63,574 nucleotides of DNA, filler included, from Methanobacteriota archaeon (GCA_024860865.1; 6 parts of 6 records of this genome joined end to end with filler, not necessarily neighbours in it), one strand, 5' to 3'; shown: positions 18,039 through 28,072, counted from the whole stretch's first letter. A program made the numbers and translations. The notes: generated from the letters alone by a model not told the origin.

Positions 18039-18363
18039 ATGGATGAAACAAATTGCTTTAGAGAGGATTATACGGTTGTTCCAATTGGCAGAGCAGGAGT
18101 TTAAGTTTCACCCCGAGCGCTCCCATCGATATGTTGAACTTGCAAGAAAAATTTCAATGAAATATAACGTAAGAATTCCAAAAGACTATAAAAGAAGATT
18201 TTGCGGGCATTGTTATAACTTTCTTAAGCCTGGAGTAAATTGCAAGGTTAGATTGCGAAAGATCCCTACAGCTTATGTCGCAATAATATGTTTAGATTGC
18301 GGCAATATTATGAGAATACCCTATAAGGGCAAGAGAAATAGAACAGTCCCCATCCAGGTCTGA
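18007..18363 (+). CDS. rnp4: Ribonuclease P protein component 4 (Rpp21)
   Basis: IALERI..LF..A, RYVELARKI, KRRFC..C...L.PG.N..VR, CLDCG...RIPY. Confidence 0.95.
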   Translation: MKLRARAPKPKWMKQIALERIIRLFQLAEQEFKFHPERSHRYVELARKISMKYNVRIPKDYKRRFCGHCYNFLKPGVNCKVRLRKIPTAYVAIICLDCGNIMRIPYKGKRNRTVPIQV

Positions 18364-18525
18364 AAGAATTAAAAGCGAAAGCATGCCATTTTAAATCCAT
18401 CTAGGTCGACATAGGCCAACCGAAGGTTTAATTAAAGAGATAATCAGAATTTTAAAAAAGGGACTTAATTAAGCTATTAAACACTAGGCTAGTAGAGATA
18501 AAAGAGTTCCAGCAAAAGCTGAACC
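18363..18525 (+). pseudogene. Decayed YhbY/CRM RNA-binding protein gene (boundaries approximate)
   Basis: Broken frames read KELKAKACHFKSI*...EGLIKEIIRILKK.GLIK...RDK; lies at the usual rnp4-yhbY-rps19e position. Confidence 0.6.
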
Positions 18526-18585
18526 TTCGCTAAACTTATTAACATTATCAACCTTCTATTCACCTAAATAATGAGGAGGATCTTA

Positions 18586-19023
18586 ATGGCTAATGTTTAC
18601 GATGTTCCAGCCACTCAATTAATAGAATTGGCTGCACTAGAACTAAAAAAAATGGATGTCTTTACCCCTCCCGTGTGGGTGCCTTATATTAAAACAGGAG
18701 CGCACAGAGAAAGAGTTCCTCAGCAGGACGAGTGGTGGTACACCCGTTGTGCATCTATACTCAGAAGAATATACATTGATGGCCCAATAGGAATCGAAAG
18801 GTTAAGAAGTTACTATGGAGGGCGAGAATCGCGCCCAGATAGACCTCACCACTTTAAAAAAGGTTCAGGCTCAATTGTTAGGAAGGCAATCCAACAGTTA
18901 GAGAAAGCAAAATTTCTCATTAAATCCAAAAAAGGTCGGTCAATAACTCCAAAAGGTCGAAGTTTCCTAGATAAAATTGCCACTCAGATTAAACCTCAAG
19001 CTCCGGTTTCAAAATCAGCTTAA
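18586..19023 (+). CDS. rps19e: 30S ribosomal protein S19e
   Basis: [15 protein letters not shown]...[24 protein letters not shown]. Confidence 0.97.
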   Translation: MANVYDVPATQLIELAALELKKMDVFTPPVWVPYIKTGAHRERVPQQDEWWYTRCASILRRIYIDGPIGIERLRSYYGGRESRPDRPHHFKKGSGSIVRKAIQQLEKAKFLIKSKKGRSITPKGRSFLDKIATQIKPQAPVSKSA

Positions 19024-19040
19024 TCAAAAACGGGATAAAC

Positions 19041-19382
19041 ATGGCAACTGATGAAGAAGAAATTGAAGCTCTTAGAAGGAAAAGATTGCAAGAGCTACAA
19101 CAGCAACAAGCTACTGCTGAGTTAATCAGGCAGGAGCAATTAAGACAGCAAATTGAGCTTCAAAAGCGAGCAATTTTGCGGCAGATATTAACCCCTGATG
19201 CTCGTGCTCGGCTGACAAATATAAAGATGGTAAAGCCAGAATTTGCTGAACAACTTGAGCTCCAATTAATCCAATTAGCTCAGACTGGGCAGCTCAAGAG
19301 CCAAATTAATGATGAGCAACTCAAAGAGTTATTGCGGAAGATTGAGGGGCGTAAAAAAGAAATTAAAATTAGGAGAGTTTAG
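19041..19382 (+). CDS. PDCD5-like DNA-binding protein
   Basis: [33 protein letters not shown]. Confidence 0.93.
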   Translation: MATDEEEIEALRRKRLQELQQQQATAELIRQEQLRQQIELQKRAILRQILTPDARARLTNIKMVKPEFAEQLELQLIQLAQTGQLKSQINDEQLKELLRKIEGRKKEIKIRRV

Positions 19383-19538
19383 ATGAGCAGAAACAAACCT
19401 CTTGGTAAAAAATTGCGCTTATCTCGAGCAACAAAGTCTAATCAACGAGTTCCGATTTGGGTTGTTGCTAAAACCCGTGGTAAAGTTAGAACTCATGCAA
19501 AAATGCGCCATTGGCGTAGAACTAAATTAAAAGCTTAG
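19383..19538 (+). CDS. rpl39e: 50S ribosomal protein L39e (absent from the ORF track)
   Basis: [51 protein letters not shown]. Confidence 0.96.
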   Translation: MSRNKPLGKKLRLSRATKSNQRVPIWVVAKTRGKVRTHAKMRHWRRTKLKA

Positions 19539-19808
19539 GTGAAAGCAATGCCAATTGAGAGAGTTTATACTGTCCCCCTTAGCAAAGTAAAATCAGTTCC
19601 AAGACAAAAACGCGCCCCTAGAGCGATTCGGTATATAAAAGAATTTTTAGCTCAGCACATGAAAGCTGATGAAGAAAATATTAAATTAGATCCATCAATT
19701 TCTGAAAAGGTGTGGGAGCGCAGCATAAAAAAAATCCCGTCTAAAATTAAACTTAAAGTCACAAAGCAAGATGATGGTTCAGTAATTGCCGTTTTGGCCG
19801 GAGAATAA
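19539..19808 (+). CDS. rpl31e: 50S ribosomal protein L31e
   Basis: [20 protein letters not shown]...[13 protein letters not shown]. Confidence 0.96.
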   Translation: MKAMPIERVYTVPLSKVKSVPRQKRAPRAIRYIKEFLAQHMKADEENIKLDPSISEKVWERSIKKIPSKIKLKVTKQDDGSVIAVLAGE

Positions 19809-19816
19809 GAAGCTAT

Positions 19817-20485
19817 ATGCCTGTTCAACCACTTGATTTTGCCGGCAATCCCAATATTGGGGTTTTTGCAGCGGCTACAGATAAAGATGTGTTATTGCCA
19901 CCGATTCTAAGCAATAAAGCTGTAAAAATTATTGAGAATGTTCTCAAAGTGCCGGCTATTAGAACTAACTTATGTGGCAGCAACCTAATCGGGGTATTCT
20001 CAGTTGGAAATAACAATGGTCTAGTTGTTTCTAGGTTTGCACTTAATGAAGAAATTAAATTTTTAAAAGAAAGAATAAAATCTAATGTTGAACCGTTGCC
20101 AGATAAGCACACTGCGGTTGGAAATTTGGTTTTAGCTAATGATTATGGAGCAATAGCTAATCCGCTCTTATCTAAAACTGCAATTAAAGTGTTGGAGGAA
20201 ACATTGGGAGTTGAAGTGGTTAAAGGAACAATAGCTAAGATGAGAACTATCGGATCAGTAGCAGTTGCAACCAATAAGGGAGTTTTGGCTCATCCAAATG
20301 CTACTGAGGAAGAATTAAAGTGGCTGGAGGAAATTCTTAAGGTTCCAGCAAATGTAGGAACTGTAAACCGAGGGACTCCATATGTTGGAGCTTGTATGAT
20401 CGCTAATGTGGAGGGAGCAGTTGTTGGAAGCTTAACAACTGGTCCTGAACTCGCTAGAATTGAGGACACATTAGGATTTTTATGA
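19817..20485 (+). CDS. eif6: Translation initiation factor 6
   Basis: GNPNIGVF, GNLVLANDYGA, ATNKGVLAHP, GTVNRG, TTGPEL.RIE..LG. Confidence 0.97.
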   Translation: MPVQPLDFAGNPNIGVFAAATDKDVLLPPILSNKAVKIIENVLKVPAIRTNLCGSNLIGVFSVGNNNGLVVSRFALNEEIKFLKERIKSNVEPLPDKHTAVGNLVLANDYGAIANPLLSKTAIKVLEETLGVEVVKGTIAKMRTIGSVAVATNKGVLAHPNATEEELKWLEEILKVPANVGTVNRGTPYVGACMIANVEGAVVGSLTTGPELARIEDTLGFL

Positions 20486-20533
20486 ATAGTATAGTTCTTA
20501 AATTTTATATAGCATATTTATATACAAAAAAAC

Positions 20534-20737
20534 ATGGCCAAAACCATATCAGTCTCAAATGGTGTATACGATTTATTAGTAAAGGCAAAATTATCCAAAG
20601 AAAGCTTCAGCGAGGTTATAGTCAGATCTTTAGAAAAGAGAATGAAATTAACAGATATTGCAGGCTCACGTACAATTAGTAAAGAGGAATGGAGAAGGGT
20701 CAGCAAGGCTTTTGAAAAACAAAAAAGAAGCCGATGA
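20534..20737 (+). CDS. VapB-type antitoxin (DUF217-like), possibly frameshifted at the 3' A run
   Basis: KTISVSNGVYDLLVKAKLSKESFSEVIVR. Confidence 0.75.
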   Translation: MAKTISVSNGVYDLLVKAKLSKESFSEVIVRSLEKRMKLTDIAGSRTISKEEWRRVSKAFEKQKRSR

Positions 20738-20759
20738 GAAAAGGAGAAGGCATGTTAGC

Positions 20760-20942
20760 TAGAAGTAGGCGCAATTTTGAGGCTATTTGCCTTATAGCAT
20801 GAAATAGCTAAAGTAGCGCTGAAATAGATGTATCTTTTGCCTTAGAAGGTATAAGTACAAGTCTTACCTATGTTATCAAGCTGCTACGCGCAATGTAGAG
20901 CACTTTCAAAAAATTCGCGGTGTAAAAATTGAAACTTATTAA
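20760..20942 (+). pseudogene. VapC/PIN toxin remnant (5' boundary approximate)
   Basis: Only the C-terminus ATRNVEHFQKIRGVKIETY* (20883-20942) is recognisable. Confidence 0.65.
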
Positions 20943-20993
20943 CAAACTTAGTTTCAATAAATATGAAAGAAATTCATAATGTTGAGATATAAA

Positions 20994-21452
20994 ATGGCAA
21001 CTGAAAGAGAGCAATTACAAAAAATGTTGGCTGAGCTCGATTATTATCAAACTCAACTTCAAGTGCTTCAGCAGCAATCGCAGTTAATAGATGCTTCAAT
21101 TTCTGATATATTGATTGCAGACCAAACTTTAACCGAGATAGGAAAACTGCCTGAAGGTACTGAAATTCTAGTTCCAATAGGCGGATCTTCATTTATACAG
21201 GCTAAAATTACAAACACTAAGACAGTGATAGTTGGGCTAGGAGCTGATACTTCGACAAAGAAAACAATTGAAGACGCTCAAAAAACTCTTCAAGAAAGGC
21301 TAAGTGAAGCTCAAAAATTTAAAGAAAATGTTCAGCGTGGCCTAGTTGAAATAAGCCAAAGGATAGAAGTGTTGCGCCCTCAGGTAGAAGAATTAGTAGC
21401 CAAAATACGCGAAGCAAGCGGCAAACCTGGCGAGGCCAAGGGCAGTGTTTAA
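20994..21452 (+). CDS. pfdA: Prefoldin alpha subunit
   Basis: Coiled coils flanking EILVPIGGSSFI.A...VIVGLGA. Confidence 0.95.
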   Translation: MATEREQLQKMLAELDYYQTQLQVLQQQSQLIDASISDILIADQTLTEIGKLPEGTEILVPIGGSSFIQAKITNTKTVIVGLGADTSTKKTIEDAQKTLQERLSEAQKFKENVQRGLVEISQRIEVLRPQVEELVAKIREASGKPGEAKGSV

Positions 21453-22449
21453 TTCATTAAAAGAAAAGCTTGCTCAATTCACCAAAAAAATCGCTGAAGT
21501 TGCTGATAAAAAATCTGAGGCCGAAGTAGCTGCGGTAAAACCCACTTTGGTAGAAAAGACAAAGGCCCTTTTTAAAGGGGAGATTATTTTAGATGAAAAA
21601 GATTTAACTCCTGTTTTTGACGACTTAGAAACTTCCTTGCTTGAAAGCGATGTTGCCCTCCCCGTTATTGAAGAAATAGTAAAATCAATTAAAATGCAGC
21701 TTGTTGGCAAAAAAATCAAGCGTAATGAAAACCTTCCAACCTATGTACAAGGAGTTTTAAAAAACGCAATTCAGCAGGTTCTGATCTCTGCTAAACCAGA
21801 AGAAATACTCAATCGAATTAAAAAGCGTGATCCCGCTCGCCCATTTGTAATTATGTTTGTAGGAATCAATGGAACTGGAAAAACAGTTACTATTGCAAAA
21901 TTTGCAAAATTTTTGCAAGATCATGGTATCAAATCAGTAATGGCCGCCAGTGATACATTTAGAGCGGGTGCAATTGAACAGCTTGAAAAGCACGGCAAAA
22001 ATCTTGGGATTAGAGTAATCAAACATGAACCGGGAGCAGACCCAGCAGCAGTTGCATTTGATGCAATTGAGCATGCAAAAGCCAGAAAACTGGATGTGGT
22101 TTTAATAGATACTGCTGGCAGAATGCAGACTGATGTTAATTTAATGGAGGAAATGAAAAAAATTCACCGCGTTACAAAACCAGATTTAGTTATTTTTGTT
22201 GGGGATTCTCTAACTGGACATGATATGATAATGCAATCAAAGGAATTTAATGATGCTACTGAAATAGATGGTGTTATCCTGACAAAAATGGATTCTGATG
22301 CCCGTGGTGGATCTGCACTTTCAATCTCATATGTGATTAAAAAACCAATTCTTTTTCTAGGCATAGGTCAAAAATATGAAGATTTGATTGCATTTAACCA
22401 AAAATGGATGGCAAACCGTTTGTTAGGTGAAGCAAATGTCGCTGGATAA
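21445..22449 (+). CDS. ftsY: SRP receptor FtsY
   Basis: LLESDVA, GINGTGKT, DTFRAGAIEQL, DTAGR, TKMD.DARGG. Confidence 0.97.
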   Translation: MFNSLKEKLAQFTKKIAEVADKKSEAEVAAVKPTLVEKTKALFKGEIILDEKDLTPVFDDLETSLLESDVALPVIEEIVKSIKMQLVGKKIKRNENLPTYVQGVLKNAIQQVLISAKPEEILNRIKKRDPARPFVIMFVGINGTGKTVTIAKFAKFLQDHGIKSVMAASDTFRAGAIEQLEKHGKNLGIRVIKHEPGADPAAVAFDAIEHAKARKLDVVLIDTAGRMQTDVNLMEEMKKIHRVTKPDLVIFVGDSLTGHDMIMQSKEFNDATEIDGVILTKMDSDARGGSALSISYVIKKPILFLGIGQKYEDLIAFNQKWMANRLLGEANVAG

Positions 22450-23782
22450 ACTTGGGAGCTCATTGCGATCTGCTCTTAGAAAAATAATTGGGGCGCCTCT
22501 TGTTGACGAAGTCCTAGTCAAGGAGGTTGTTAAAGATATTCAACGGGCTTTAATCACATCAGACGTTAACGTCAAATTAGTTATGGATCTTTCAAAGAAA
22601 ATTGAAAAACGCGCACTAGAAGAAAAACTGCCAGCCGGTTTATCTAAGCGAGAGCATGTTATCAAAATTGTTTATGATGAGCTAGTGAAATTTGTCGGAG
22701 AAAAGCCATCAGAGCTCCGTATTTCAAAAGACGGATTCAAAATTATGATGATTGGAATCGAAGGGAGCGGAAAAACCACAAGCATAGCTAAACTTGCGAG
22801 ATTTTTCCAGAGGAAAGGGTATAAACCAGTTTTGATTTGTGCTGATGTACATAGACTTGGGGCCTATGAACAGCTTCAACAACTTGCGGCACAGCTTAAC
22901 GTTCCATTTCATGGAAACTTAAACTCAACTGATGCTGTAAAAATAGTTGAAGAATCTTTAAGCAAAATCGAGAAAAAAAATCTAGTTATTATTGATACAG
23001 CTGGTCGGCACAAATCTGAAACAGAATTGATGGACGAAATGAAAAAATTAGCCGAAGTTGCTCAACTTAACGAGAAATTGCTGACCATTGATGCGACCAT
23101 AGGACAACAAGCAGGAGTACAAGCTAAAGCATTTCACGAAGCAATTGGCATTACTGGTGTTGTTTTAACAAAACTCGATGGTGCGGCTAAGGGTGGAGGG
23201 GCATTATCTGCAGTTGCAACAACTGGAGTTCCTATTAAGTTCATTGGAGTCGGAGAAAAAATCGACGAATTTGAACTCTTTGATCCACAAAGTTTCATCT
23301 CTAGGTTACTTGGGATGGGAGACCTTAAGGCGCTACTTGAGAAGGCTGAAGAGCTCCCAAAAGAAATAAAAGAAGTAGATGTTACAAAATTCTTAGCAGG
23401 TAAGTTTACTCTTCAGGACCTTTACTCCCAGTTCGAAGCTATGCAAAAAATGGGTCCGCTTAAAAAAATTCTTCAGATGGTCCCGGGGTTTGGGCTTAGC
23501 GCAGAATTACCTGAGGATTTTTATAAATTAAGCGAAGAGAAATTAAAAAAGTTTAGAGTTATTCTGGATTCTATGACTGATAAAGAACTTGAGAGCCCAG
23601 AGATAATCAATCGAAGTCGAATGCAGCGAATTGCTAGAGGGTCAGGCACTAAAATGGAGGATATAAAAGAACTTCTCAAGCAATATCAAATAGCAAAAAG
23701 ATTGTTTAAATCTCTTAGGAAAGGTCGTTTTCCCGCATTAGACAAAGCTCTTAGGCAAATGGGCTTAAAGAAATTTAAATAG
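22436..23782 (+). CDS. srp54: Signal recognition particle protein SRP54
   Basis: GIEGSGKTT, DTAGRH, TKLDGAAKGGG, M-domain KMGPLKKILQMVPG, RIARGSG. Confidence 0.97.
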   Translation: MSLDKLGSSLRSALRKIIGAPLVDEVLVKEVVKDIQRALITSDVNVKLVMDLSKKIEKRALEEKLPAGLSKREHVIKIVYDELVKFVGEKPSELRISKDGFKIMMIGIEGSGKTTSIAKLARFFQRKGYKPVLICADVHRLGAYEQLQQLAAQLNVPFHGNLNSTDAVKIVEESLSKIEKKNLVIIDTAGRHKSETELMDEMKKLAEVAQLNEKLLTIDATIGQQAGVQAKAFHEAIGITGVVLTKLDGAAKGGGALSAVATTGVPIKFIGVGEKIDEFELFDPQSFISRLLGMGDLKALLEKAEELPKEIKEVDVTKFLAGKFTLQDLYSQFEAMQKMGPLKKILQMVPGFGLSAELPEDFYKLSEEKLKKFRVILDSMTDKELESPEIINRSRMQRIARGSGTKMEDIKELLKQYQIAKRLFKSLRKGRFPALDKALRQMGLKKFK

Positions 23783-23878
23783 CATTTTTTCCCAAAAGCT
23801 TTAAAATGAAGTTCCTTATCCAATGAAGTGCTATAGAATACTAAGTAATAATGTTATAAAGTTAATGAGGGTTTTCTT

Positions 23879-24169
23879 GTGGCTAGGCGTTCGCATGGCT
23901 TAAGAAGCAAATCTCGTTTAAAACTCAGAAGACATCCTCGAGAACGAGGATTATCTCCTATTAGCAAAATAATGCAAGAATTCAAAGAGGGAGATAGAGT
24001 TCACATTACGATAGACTCTAGCTTGCATAAAGGCCAGCCTCACCCTAGGTTTCATGGTCGAACAGGGGTTGTGACTGGAAAACGCGGGCGAGCATATATT
24101 GTTACTATTTCGGATGGAAATAAAATAAAAGAGATAATAACCTATCCGGAACATTTGAAACTTCAGTAG
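23879..24169 (+). CDS. rpl21e: 50S ribosomal protein L21e
   Basis: SHGLRSKSR, HKGQPHPRFHGRTG, PEHLK. Confidence 0.97.
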   Translation: MARRSHGLRSKSRLKLRRHPRERGLSPISKIMQEFKEGDRVHITIDSSLHKGQPHPRFHGRTGVVTGKRGRAYIVTISDGNKIKEIITYPEHLKLQ

Positions 24170-24178
24170 GGAGCACAT

Positions 24179-24517
24179 ATGCCAAAAAAGGTTTTAACTG
24201 AAAAAATAACTCCGCTATCGGAAGTTAAAGAAATTTTAGAAAGCAGAAGTAAGGAAGGTGAATTAAAATATGAACAACGGCTTACTTTGGATTACGCCTC
24301 CAAGTTTGCTAAAATAAAGAGCGGAAAAGCTGAAAAATTTATTAAAGAGCTGATGGAAGCCGTTGATAAAGTAAAAGAGCGCCAAGCAATTAAGATTGCT
24401 GATTTATTGCCTGTAACCCCTGATGATGTTAGAGTTATTTTTGCAAAAGAGAGATTCAGTCTCACTGAAAATGAAATAAAAAAGATACTAGAAATTGTGG
24501 ATAAATACCGTCCATAA
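24179..24517 (+). CDS. rpo4: RNA polymerase subunit Rpo4 (RpoF)
   Basis: LKYEQRLTLDYASKFAK, KIADLLP.T.DDVR.IF; follows rpl21e. Confidence 0.93.
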   Translation: MPKKVLTEKITPLSEVKEILESRSKEGELKYEQRLTLDYASKFAKIKSGKAEKFIKELMEAVDKVKERQAIKIADLLPVTPDDVRVIFAKERFSLTENEIKKILEIVDKYRP

Positions 24518-24548
24518 ATCTTATTTTGAAAATTTTGGTGGCAATCAA

Positions 24549-25124
24549 ATGGAAATGGAAGAGTATGCTATTGTGCTTGATTTTTTAGCAACTGGTTATC
24601 CTGAGAATACTAGACCCATTCACTTAAGAGAACCGATTGCTCAGGTAATTGGAGAAAAGCAATTTACATTGCTAGAGATAGTGCCGAGAAGGGAAGTTTC
24701 GTTCAAACCTTATGACCGAGTGTACATTGGCAAAGGACAAAGAGAACAGGTTGAATACGTTCGCGGCAGAATCCCCTATGAAAAGCTCACAGCTACAGCA
24801 AAAGTTGAGCTTCCCTATATTCTTGAGCAGATTGCAACAAAAGATGAAGCTAGATTTATTGAGTTCTTTAATAAATGTCAGCCGATCACAACTCGTTTGC
24901 ATCAACTGGAGCTTTTGCCTGGAATTGGAAAAAAACTAATGTGGTCAATAATAGAGGAAAGAAAGAAAAAACCATTTCAAAATTTTGCAGACATCAGTGC
25001 TCGTGTTCACTTATTACCAGATCCTAAAAAAATGGTAGTTAAACGAATTATACAAGAGCTCGAAGGGCGTGAGAAATATTATATATTCGTACCACCACCA
25101 AGGTCAGCTCGAGCTCCAACATAA
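24549..25124 (+). CDS. DUF655 family putative nucleic-acid-binding protein
   Basis: EEYAIVLDFL..G, QVIGE..FTLLE, TTRLHQLELLPGIGKK. Confidence 0.93.
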   Translation: MEMEEYAIVLDFLATGYPENTRPIHLREPIAQVIGEKQFTLLEIVPRREVSFKPYDRVYIGKGQREQVEYVRGRIPYEKLTATAKVELPYILEQIATKDEARFIEFFNKCQPITTRLHQLELLPGIGKKLMWSIIEERKKKPFQNFADISARVHLLPDPKKMVVKRIIQELEGREKYYIFVPPPRSARAPT

Positions 25125-25131
25125 GCCTTTT

Positions 25132-26265
25132 TTACCCTGATGGGATAAAGCGCATACGGCTTTCATATCTTTCAAATGCATCTTTTAGACTTTGAAACCT
25201 CGCTATATCGCCTCTATCGTAGGTATAGCAGAGAATTACTGATGTAGATTTGGTATCAGTTATATTTACACCATAATGGATTTCTTTCATTTGAGTTCCT
25301 GCGCAGATCTTTTCCTCAAGTTCAGCATGGTCTATCTTTTCTGCGATTTTTTTAGTTGTTTTCAAAATGCAAAGTGCTTTCATTGGTATTTTTCCTTTTA
25401 CCCCTCTGATTGATGATCTACTGATTGCCTTTTCGATTAACTGATTTATGTTGATTTCCTCTTGACTAAAGAGTGTTGCGGTTTCTTGTGTTGTTCGAGA
25501 TACTGAAGTCACTCCTATATAACTTCCATAAACACTGCCTAGGTTTAGGGCAGTTAGAAAATCCTTAGCATCAATCACTTTGTATAAATCACCGTGCATT
25601 TTTTCCTCTAGGAGCACTCCGAACATTATATCCTTTAAAGATTCAGCGATAACTTGATTAAAATCTGGGAAAAGATTGTATAATGTCCTTGAAGTTTTTG
25701 CTTTGGTGGTGAGCAAGTCATTATCTACCGTAATCAACCCGTCGCAAAGTCTGTGCTTAAAAACGTTCTGCAACCACCACCATGCATTTCTAAAGGGTAA
25801 ATCGCCCTCAACAGTTGCAGGTAAAACACAAATTACTACTGTAGGTATTTTAAGTTCATTGCGAAGCGCATCTAGTATAGTTAAAGAGACTCCACAGCCT
25901 GTGCCTCCACCAGCACCTAAAATCATCATTGCAAATGGCACAGGATTTTTGGATAAAACCTCTCTCTCCATCCAATCCAAAAAGGACTGCGTATGCTCAT
26001 GAGCCACTTCATTAGCATCATATGGATTTTTGCCAAATCCTGCAGCAACATAATGTTCAAATCCCTTTTGATATGGCATAAAACCTCTTTGTTTTGATAT
26101 TCCAAGCCAAAAATCTCTGTTGATATGCTTTAGCTTTAGTAGGTCTTTAATGGTAGAATTGAGGGTAACTGGATAAGCTAGGCTAAAGATCTTTTTTTCC
26201 GAAAAGACATCATCGGCAAGCGTGCCACCACACTGGCCTACACCTACAAATAAATCTATAGATAT
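25132..26265 (-). CDS. Divergent tubulin/FtsZ-superfamily GTPase (CetZ/TubZ-like); start codon non-canonical or uncertain
   Basis: Frame open from 26298: LFVGVGQCGGTLAD (T1), NST..DL (T2), AGFGKNP (T3), GAGGGTGCG (T4 signature), VLP...EG, VDND, FNQVIA, VIDAKD (T7); the ORF-track ATG at 26079 misses T1 and T2. Confidence 0.88.
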   Translation of the reverse strand: MSIDLFVGVGQCGGTLADDVFSEKKIFSLAYPVTLNSTIKDLLKLKHINRDFWLGISKQRGFMPYQKGFEHYVAAGFGKNPYDANEVAHEHTQSFLDWMEREVLSKNPVPFAMMILGAGGGTGCGVSLTILDALRNELKIPTVVICVLPATVEGDLPFRNAWWWLQNVFKHRLCDGLITVDNDLLTTKAKTSRTLYNLFPDFNQVIAESLKDIMFGVLLEEKMHGDLYKVIDAKDFLTALNLGSVYGSYIGVTSVSRTTQETATLFSQEEININQLIEKAISRSSIRGVKGKIPMKALCILKTTKKIAEKIDHAELEEKICAGTQMKEIHYGVNITDTKSTSVILCYTYDRGDIARFQSLKDAFERYESRMRFIPSG

Positions 26266-26385
26266 CCCTTCTCTGATTATTTCGGTATCAGCCCAAATTC
26301 AGATTATCTTTAAAAGTGTTATTAATATTATGTATACCAAGGTAATATAAAAATAACCCTCGTAAAAAGTGGCGTACTTAGAATT

Positions 26386-27024
26386 TTAGTCATCAATATC
26401 GAGCGCTGATGGCATTTTTATTTCTGAGCTTTTTTTTATTTCAAATATCATATCGCGCTCATCAATGAACTCAATTATTGTTTGAATATGGAGAGTTTTG
26501 GAACCCTTGGGGGGAACAAGTACAATTTTTAAGGATTTTGTTTCTCTCGGTTTAAGCTCAGGGATGGTCTCATCAATTTTCTTGATTTCTATTTCTTCTT
26601 CAGCCATCAGTCGGGCTGAAATATTTTTAACTGGAAAATAAGAGTTATTCATAATACGAATTGTCAAATATCCCTCCTTATCTGCACGGCGAAAAGAGGG
26701 AAAAATATCAATTTTTAATTCAGGTTTCGTTATAAGCTGTATTAACAGCTTGTCTATTTCTTCTAAACATTCCTTTTTTAATTTTAATGGAATAAAAGTT
26801 CCGAATGGCCAACTTATATCAAAGTCAAGTAGTGAAGCTTCATCATTTTTCTTTTCTATTTTTATTTTCCATGTTTCTTCCACATCATCTTTTTTTCTGA
26901 AGAGAACTATGTGATGTGGATAAATCTCTTCCTTGATAGCGTATTCTCTAAAATAAACCTTTAAATTTTTAAAAGTGCTATCGACATCACGGGATGTCTC
27001 CCTTGTTAAGTGGAGTTTTGGCAA
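26386..27024 (-). CDS. Cytoplasmic two-domain protein with a C-terminal Ig-like (CARDB/appendage-type) beta sandwich
   Basis: No signal peptide; LTIRIMNNSYFPVKNISARL...IPELKPRETKSLKIVLVP pattern. Confidence 0.6.
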   Translation of the reverse strand: MPKLHLTRETSRDVDSTFKNLKVYFREYAIKEEIYPHHIVLFRKKDDVEETWKIKIEKKNDEASLLDFDISWPFGTFIPLKLKKECLEEIDKLLIQLITKPELKIDIFPSFRRADKEGYLTIRIMNNSYFPVKNISARLMAEEEIEIKKIDETIPELKPRETKSLKIVLVPPKGSKTLHIQTIIEFIDERDMIFEIKKSSEIKMPSALDIDD

Positions 27025-27132
27025 TTTTTCACCAATTGTTAGAATGCTTTCTTGATTAAACCGCTCACTTTAGGTAATAAAAAGTTGTCTGATTATTTCT
27101 TTTCCTTAATCATGGAAAATGAGGGATTCTTT

Positions 27133-28071
27133 TCACTCCTCGAAAATCTCTTCTGTTTCTATTCTTTCTCTTATTCGTTTTCTAATGCGAATCATTCTAT
27201 AGCTAAACCCACCTGAGCCCCCTAAAACTACTATAAGACCTCCAATAAAGGAATAATAAAGCTTGTTAGCTCTTCTTTGCTTTTGTTGGGCATCTGTGAG
27301 TGCTTTCAGTGCCTTCTCTTTTCCTCCTGCATCACCGCTTTGTTCATAGGAGATTACAGAGTCCCGTAGGTCATTTACTGCATTAGAAAAATAACTTCTT
27401 GAAAAAATAAAAATGGTGCTTTCTCCCTTTATTTTTGAATCTAGGCCCTTATCAAAGCTGTTAATTGCAGCATTTCTTATTCTGTTATTAGCACTTAGGT
27501 AAAATGAAAGCGCATTTCTGACATAATCAATTGTCAAAGGATCTTTTGTGCGGTTACATACTTCAGCGGCATCTGAATAAAAACGAATTTTATCAGGATA
27601 GGCTGGGTAATTGTTAGCCTCATTAATTGACAGTTCAATGAACTTTAATGAAAGGCTAGCAACTAAAGATTCAGCATTAGATCGTATTTGGTGTTTTAAA
27701 CTGATGTTTCCATATTTTACTATCTTTTCATAGCTTTTTATACTCGAGTGTAAATTTTTTTTCGTCTCTTCACATCTTTTTGATTGCGCGCTCTCAACTG
27801 CAGCTTCCGATTGGTTCAAGAACAATAAAGTTATTTCAATAAATCCCCCAAGTTTGTTGGCTTCACTAGTGAGACCGCGCGCATTGAGACCTTTTTCTTC
27901 GTTAACCAGTGAGGCTAAATATCCAGATATGGCATGAACTTCTTCAGAAGATATTTTAGAGCGCCAATTATTCACTCTGTTTTCTTGGTTGATAACATCA
28001 TACGCTGCTCCAAATGGTGCATTCGAAATTAAGAATAATAATAAAACCAGTAAAATGGCAAATTTTTTCAC
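27133..28071 (-). CDS. Secreted alpha-helical (TPR-like) protein with C-terminal TM anchor and basic/EEIFE tail
   Basis: Signal peptide VKKFAILLVLLLFLISNAPFGAA; Ala/Tyr-rich helices; TM then RIRKRIRERIETEEIFEE. Confidence 0.7.
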   Translation of the reverse strand: MKKFAILLVLLLFLISNAPFGAAYDVINQENRVNNWRSKISSEEVHAISGYLASLVNEEKGLNARGLTSEANKLGGFIEITLLFLNQSEAAVESAQSKRCEETKKNLHSSIKSYEKIVKYGNISLKHQIRSNAESLVASLSLKFIELSINEANNYPAYPDKIRFYSDAAEVCNRTKDPLTIDYVRNALSFYLSANNRIRNAAINSFDKGLDSKIKGESTIFIFSRSYFSNAVNDLRDSVISYEQSGDAGGKEKALKALTDAQQKQRRANKLYYSFIGGLIVVLGGSGGFSYRMIRIRKRIRERIETEEIFEE

Positions 28072-28072
28072 T

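Noticed and set aside
25132-26265. Calling the tubulin-family gene ftsZ
   Set aside because: Has GQCG instead of GGAG/GGGG at T1, lacks the NxDFAD T7 consensus and the C-terminal linker/peptide
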